From contig JAYTAP010000080.1 in assembly GCA_043737475.1 (NCBI GenBank), positions 3,321-67,320 of the forward strand: DNA of 64,000 bases, given 5' to 3'. Shown here piece after piece: positions 59,488 through 64,000 of the stretch. A model generated the notes under the pieces. The model had not been told where the DNA came from. It did not search any database and saw only the letters and a list, made by a program, of their open reading frames with translations. The DNA is from Sphingomonas sp. GTDB taxonomy: Bacteria; Pseudomonadota; Alphaproteobacteria; Sphingomonadales; Sphingomonadaceae. The position numbers were made by a program, and so were the translations under genes. The stretch's first letter is position 1; each line of letters begins with the position of its first letter.

Positions 59488-61254
59488 ATGACTGCCGCAA
59501 CAACAATGCAAAGGATGCGCCTTCTGACGTGCAGTATGCTCATCAGCGTGGCTTCACTGAGCGTTGCACACGCACAGGATGCAGCGCCTGCCGCGGCACC
59601 GTCGGAAAGCTCCATGGTCAATCTTGTCCGCCAGCTCGTGAAGCAGGGGGTGTTAAAGAAGGATGCTGGCGATGCACTCATGGCGCAGGCCGAGGCCGAA
59701 GCTGTGCAGGCGCGCGCGGCTGCTCCGACCCAGACTGCAAATGCTGCGTTGCCCGATGCTGCCCCTGGCGCGATCCGCGTGCCCTATATCCCCGAAACCG
59801 TGCGCAACCAGATCCGCGACGAAATCCGCACCGAAGTTCTGGCGCAGGCCAAGACCGAGGGCTGGGCAAGCCCGGGTCAGACCGCACCAGAATGGACAAA
59901 ACGCATCAGCCTGTTCGGTGATTTCCGCTTCCGCTCGCAATCCGACCTCTATTCGAAAGCGAATTCGCCGTTCATCTTCGATTTCGCGCGCATCAATGCG
60001 GCCGGACCTTTCCCGATCACCACCGCGCTTTCGATTCCCTATGTCAATTCGACCGTCGATCGGGTCAACCGCTTGCGGATCCGCGGCCGGATTGGACTGA
60101 AGGCTGAACTCGGCGGTGGTGTCAGTGTCGTAACGGCTGTCGCGACAGGAAACGACAACAGTCCGATTTCTTTCAACCAGACGCTTGGTGGCGGATTGGC
60201 CAAACGCAATATCTGGCTCGACCAAGCCTATCTGAGACTTGCACCAAGTGATCTCTTCAAAGCGAGCTTCGGGCGCTTTCCCAACCCGTTTGTGTCGACC
60301 GACCTCTTGTTCGACGACGATGTCCGATTCGACGGCGTGGCAGCGGAATTCAACGGTGGCCAGTTTATCAGTGACGACTTCAAGCTCGCAATTCGCGGCG
60401 GTGCTTTCCCGCTCGATTTCAATTCGGGCGATTTCCCGAATACCCAGCAGGTCAAGCGCAAGGCGCCGGTGAAGTATCTTTATTCGGGACAGATTACGGT
60501 CGGTGCAGCAATCATGGATAATGTCGAGGTGAGCGCCAGCGCAGCCTATCATAGTTTCCAGGGTGTACAGGGTCAGTTTTCAGAACCTTGTGTGCTATAC
60601 CTTGGCGCGACCGAATGTTCGACCGACTCCTTCCGGGCTTTTTCACTGCGTAAGGGCAACACGGTATTCGGCCTGCGGAACATTGTCATCAATCCAGATG
60701 CGACCCGTGCACTCCCCGCCGACCAGAATCAATTGCTCGGACTTGCTTTCGATTATGACATTTTAGACATCAATGCATCGGTACGTGTTCCGATCAGCGA
60801 GAAAACTTTCGTGAAAGTGAGCGGCAATTATCTGCGCAATCTTTCTTTCAAACGAACTGACATTTGTCGCTACGGCGTCGCGGGCGAACCATTCAACAAC
60901 GGCGGCGCAGGGGGCACAACGCTATGTGCAACAGTAAATCCGCGCGCATTTGCCGGCGGTCCATCAGGCTACCAAGCAAAAGCGTCGATCGGCTATGACG
61001 ATGTCGCCGCCCGCGGGCAATGGAACGCTCAGCTTGGCTATCGCTATGTCGAGTCGGACGCGGTGCTGGACAGCCTGACTGACAGTAATTTCCATCTGGG
61101 CGGCACCAACGCCAAAGGGTATTTCGTCGGCGGCAAATATGGCATTTTCGACAAGGTCACAATTGGCGGTCGCTGGTTGAGTGCAAACCAGATCTCCGGA
61201 CTTGAGCCGTTGGCAATCGACGTTCTGCAGATCGACCTCGAAGCGAAATTCTGA
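59488..61254 (+). CDS. Putative porin-type outer-membrane beta-barrel with N-terminal helical extension
   Basis: SD GAGGA; signal peptide; GDFRFR, RLRIRGR, DDDVRFDG, DSNFHLGGTNAKG; ends LQIDLEAKF. Confidence 0.85.
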   Translation: MTAATTMQRMRLLTCSMLISVASLSVAHAQDAAPAAAPSESSMVNLVRQLVKQGVLKKDAGDALMAQAEAEAVQARAAAPTQTANAALPDAAPGAIRVPYIPETVRNQIRDEIRTEVLAQAKTEGWASPGQTAPEWTKRISLFGDFRFRSQSDLYSKANSPFIFDFARINAAGPFPITTALSIPYVNSTVDRVNRLRIRGRIGLKAELGGGVSVVTAVATGNDNSPISFNQTLGGGLAKRNIWLDQAYLRLAPSDLFKASFGRFPNPFVSTDLLFDDDVRFDGVAAEFNGGQFISDDFKLAIRGGAFPLDFNSGDFPNTQQVKRKAPVKYLYSGQITVGAAIMDNVEVSASAAYHSFQGVQGQFSEPCVLYLGATECSTDSFRAFSLRKGNTVFGLRNIVINPDATRALPADQNQLLGLAFDYDILDINASVRVPISEKTFVKVSGNYLRNLSFKRTDICRYGVAGEPFNNGGAGGTTLCATVNPRAFAGGPSGYQAKASIGYDDVAARGQWNAQLGYRYVESDAVLDSLTDSNFHLGGTNAKGYFVGGKYGIFDKVTIGGRWLSANQISGLEPLAIDVLQIDLEAKF

Positions 61255-61403
61255 AGGGTCGGCAGCGTCCCGTTTCCGGACGCGCTAAGGAGAACATTGG
61301 CCAGTGACCAATTAGTTTCAAAAGACTGCAACATAACGCTCCTACCCCAAGAATTAACCGAATCGTCATGTTTCGGATCCTCAAATTCTGGGCGGGCGAC
61401 CGT

Positions 61404-64000
61404 ATGCAAGGCACTCAGGCAGTTCGAACGGTGCATAGCAAGCGCGCGGGGTACAGGCTGCTTCAAACGACGAGCCTTGTGGCACTTGCATTGACGATGA
61501 ACGCGACCCCCGCCCGCGCGCAGCTTGCCGCCTTGCGCGCATCGCTGGGTGTCGCGCCGGTGGTGGTGACGCCTGCGAATGCGGTGCCGATGCGCCCTGT
61601 GGGGATGCGCGAAGTGCTCGCTCGCTCGGTCGAGCATCAAGCGCTGGCAAACAATATGCGCGGGGCGATCCTCGAGGCGCAGAAAGCTGCGATTGCCGCG
61701 ATCCGCAATCCGACGCTGGCTGCCGTGAGGGACGGGCTTACGGGTGCCGATGGCAGCAATGCCGGTGCAGGGCTCGATCCCGTTCGGACCGGCACGGTCA
61801 CCGCGCTTGACCCGACGGGCGTGAACACATGGCAGGGCGCACGTTTGCCGACGCAGGTCGACAAGGACGGCAAGCCGCTCGTCACGATCGTCCAGAGCGA
61901 CAGCCGTGCGATCCTTTCTTGGAATCGCTTTGACGTCGGCGCAAACACGACCCTGAATTTCGAGCAGAAGCTGAACGGCGTTGCCCAGCCCGGCTGGGTT
62001 GCGCTGAACCGCGTCGCCAATTCGGTTGCGCCAAGCCGCGTCCTGGGATCAATCACGGCCGATGGCACGGTGGCGGTCATCAATTCACGCGGTGTCGTTT
62101 TCGAAAAAGGTTCGCAGGTCAATCTGCACTCGTTGTTGGTGAGTTCGCTCGACATCGGTGGTTTCACCACCCGGAAGTTGATCGATCCGACAGACGTCAA
62201 TTCAAGTTTGGCAGATGCTGTTGCCACGATCGCCGACCGAAATCTGACGTTTCTCGCGTCAGGGCTGCAGAGCTCGGTCGCCGTGGACGGCAAACCGATT
62301 TACCTTGTTTCCAGCGTGCTTAACGCAGTCGACAACTTCACGAATATCCCGTCGGAGGGCGGGATAACAATCGATCGCGGTGCAACGGTAAATGCGATTG
62401 GTGGCGGGTTCATCATTGCGACGGCTCCGAGCGTGAGCAATGCCGGGATCCTTTCTGCACCCGAGGGGCAGGTTAGTCTTCAGGCCGGGCGTGCCATAGC
62501 CTACGCGGTTTCTACAGGGGCGGCGACGACAACCGACATTGTCACGGGGATCGGTCCGGACGTCCGAGGCCTGGTTTTGCGCTCATGGTTCGGTTTGGAC
62601 GGTGCTGTCGCGAATTCCGGACTCGTCCATGTTCCACGCGGATACATATCGCTTGGCACTGGCGAGGGCGGAACGGTTACAAACCTGGGGCTGCTGGCCT
62701 CGACGACGAGTGTTGCCCGCAATGCAAAGATTTCGCTGACAGGCGAGACGATTTTATTGGGCGACAAGACGAATGCGAGCGGTATCGTGGTCACACCCGA
62801 TACCAATGGCGAGACCGTGCCGATCGGCACCTCCCTTGCACCGCCTGCGTTCAAATCCACCAAAATCGAGATCGGTAATATCTACCTTTCGCGGGGCCGA
62901 TTCGATGAAAGTAATCCCAGCCAGTTAGCCGCATCGTTCTTCGGGCCTGCTGCGGTTAAATTCGACGAAAAATCGCTGTTGCTTGCGCCGAATGCCGATC
63001 TGGTCGTGGGCGGCAAGGGGTTCATCGAACCTAATCTGACGCAGCCGATTTATCAGCCGCTTTCGCTCGGTAACATCGACGTCCTTGCCGGCGCCGTCAT
63101 CGACGTCGGCGGCGTGAAAGACCTTCAGATCGATCCGTCGCGCAACAGCCTGATGATCGATCCGTTGAAGCGCAACGAACTTCGTGACTCGCCCACTTAT
63201 CGCGAAGTGACGACCAATGGCGATTTCACGCTGAACGGGGCAACGGTCTACGTCGATCCGCGGCTTTCGGGCGTGCGCAATGACGGGGTGGCGTGGGTCG
63301 GTTCGCCGCTGATCGAAGCGGGCAGCGCTGCGAGCCAGATACCCGTCACGGCGGCCGAACTGATGACGCGCGGCGGCACAGTCAGTTTGACGGTTGCCAC
63401 GGCGACAACACAATTGACGAACGCGTCGCTTGGGAACGTCACGCCGGTTCAAGCGCCAACGATCAATATTTCAAAGGGTTCGGTCATCGATTTTTCGGGG
63501 GGCTGGCTCCGTTTTGGCGACGGTTTCGTGCGGTCCAGCAAGCTGTTGACCTCTGACGGGCGGATTGTGGAAATCGGCAGGGCCGACCCGAACGACAATT
63601 ATATCGCGGTGGGCGACGGCTTTACCGAAATTCAGGCGAAATTCGGCGTATCGCGCACGTTTGCCAATTCGCTGTTACAGGGCGGGCGCCTGGAAGTTGG
63701 CTATGACGAGGGCCGCGATGCCGGTTCGCTGAGCCTGACGGCAACGACGATGAATATCGAAGGCCTGCTGGACGGTCGCGCGTTTGCAGGCGTGCGCCAA
63801 TCGGCGGGCGGCATGCGCGGTACGCGGGACTCTGCCATCGCAGGCGACCCGCGCAAACTTCAGGCAACGGCTTCACAATTGTCCTCAAGCGGCGCTTTGA
63901 TCGTGTCGGCTGGAAGGCGCGACGCGACTGCGAACGAAGCGTCATATGGGGCTGATATAATCGTTTACCACGGTGATCGATCAGCGGTTGCACGGCCGTT
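61404..64000 (+). CDS. Large filamentous-haemagglutinin-like TpsA exoprotein (3'-truncated; not in the ORF track)
   Basis: Frame read open wherever translated by hand from 61404 (alternative ATG 61368) to the window end. Signal LLQTTSLVALAL..ARAQ; TPS domain (AILSWNRFDVG, ALNRV, VINSRGVVF..GSQVN); beta-helix-like repeats. Confidence 0.9.
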   Translation, partial: MQGTQAVRTVHSKRAGYRLLQTTSLVALALTMNATPARAQLAALRASLGVAPVVVTPANAVPMRPVGMREVLARSVEHQALANNMRGAILEAQKAAIAAIRNPTLAAVRDGLTGADGSNAGAGLDPVRTGTVTALDPTGVNTWQGARLPTQVDKDGKPLVTIVQSDSRAILSWNRFDVGANTTLNFEQKLNGVAQPGWVALNRVANSVAPSRVLGSITADGTVAVINSRGVVFEKGSQVNLHSLLVSSLDIGGFTTRKLIDPTDVNSSLADAVATIADRNLTFLASGLQSSVAVDGKPIYLVSSVLNAVDNFTNIPSEGGITIDRGATVNAIGGGFIIATAPSVSNAGILSAPEGQVSLQAGRAIAYAVSTGAATTTDIVTGIGPDVRGLVLRSWFGLDGAVANSGLVHVPRGYISLGTGEGGTVTNLGLLASTTSVARNAKISLTGETILLGDKTNASGIVVTPDTNGETVPIGTSLAPPAFKSTKIEIGNIYLSRGRFDESNPSQLAASFFGPAAVKFDEKSLLLAPNADLVVGGKGFIEPNLTQPIYQPLSLGNIDVLAGAVIDVGGVKDLQIDPSRNSLMIDPLKRNELRDSPTYREVTTNGDFTLNGATVYVDPRLSGVRNDGVAWVGSPLIEAGSAASQIPVTAAELMTRGGTVSLTVATATTQLTNASLGNVTPVQAPTINISKGSVIDFSGGWLRFGDGFVRSSKLLTSDGRIVEIGRADPNDNYIAVGDGFTEIQAKFGVSRTFANSLLQGGRLEVGYDEGRDAGSLSLTATTMNIEGLLDGRAFAGVRQSAGGMRGTRDSAIAGDPRKLQATASQLSSSGALIVSAGRRDATANEASYGADIIVYHGDRSAVARP

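Noticed and set aside
61297-61494. 65-aa Cys-rich ORF after AAGGAG overlapping the tpsA start
   Set aside because: TTG start only 4 nt from the SD, no family resemblance, and overlaps tpsA out of frame; a regulatory uORF cannot be excluded.
43773-64000. Integrase, transposase or att duplicate marking a mobile element
   Set aside because: None recognisable by eye within the window, so no mobile_element feature was called.

Overview
Alphaproteobacterial chromosome segment; gene content and order point to a Sphingomonas-like member of the Sphingomonadaceae (inference). Bases 1 to ~43.8 kb are mostly core genes: the aa3 cytochrome c oxidase operon, ribD/ribE, panC, mipZ, a phosphoglucomutase, phaC-phasin-clpS, tonB-exbB-exbD-exbD, a PlcP-like phosphoesterase plus Agt-like glycosyltransferase behind a candidate Pho box, trcR, xseB-ispA-coaD-ppi-queA-tgt, an alkaline phosphatase plus PEP-CTERM pair, a MATE pump, a DEAD-box helicase, sapC, a candidate small RNA, cpdR and tRNA-Val(GAC). 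Right of the tRNA (43.8-64 kb) is an accessory region. It holds a SleB-like hydrolase, a short Wza-like export lipoprotein and a priming sugar transferase, then two divergent operons. The leftward operon is a lipoprotein plus gspE-F-H-I-J-L-M-(N/C-like)-K, with no secretin (gspD) or major pseudopilin (gspG) in view. The rightward operon is TpsB, a DUF2341-LamG-ExbB fusion, ExbD, an atypical TonB, a plug-less beta-barrel and a giant filamentous-haemagglutinin-type TpsA that runs off the window and is absent from the ORF track. This T2SS + two-partner secretion + dedicated TonB motor + porin assembly is the most interesting system here. It resembles the poorly understood Pseudomonas aeruginosa hxc/pdtAB/exbB2D2 locus, so the architecture has a precedent but the mechanism is open. 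All family assignments are from motif recognition by eye; no searches were run. No CRISPR array, rRNA, integrase or transposase was seen.
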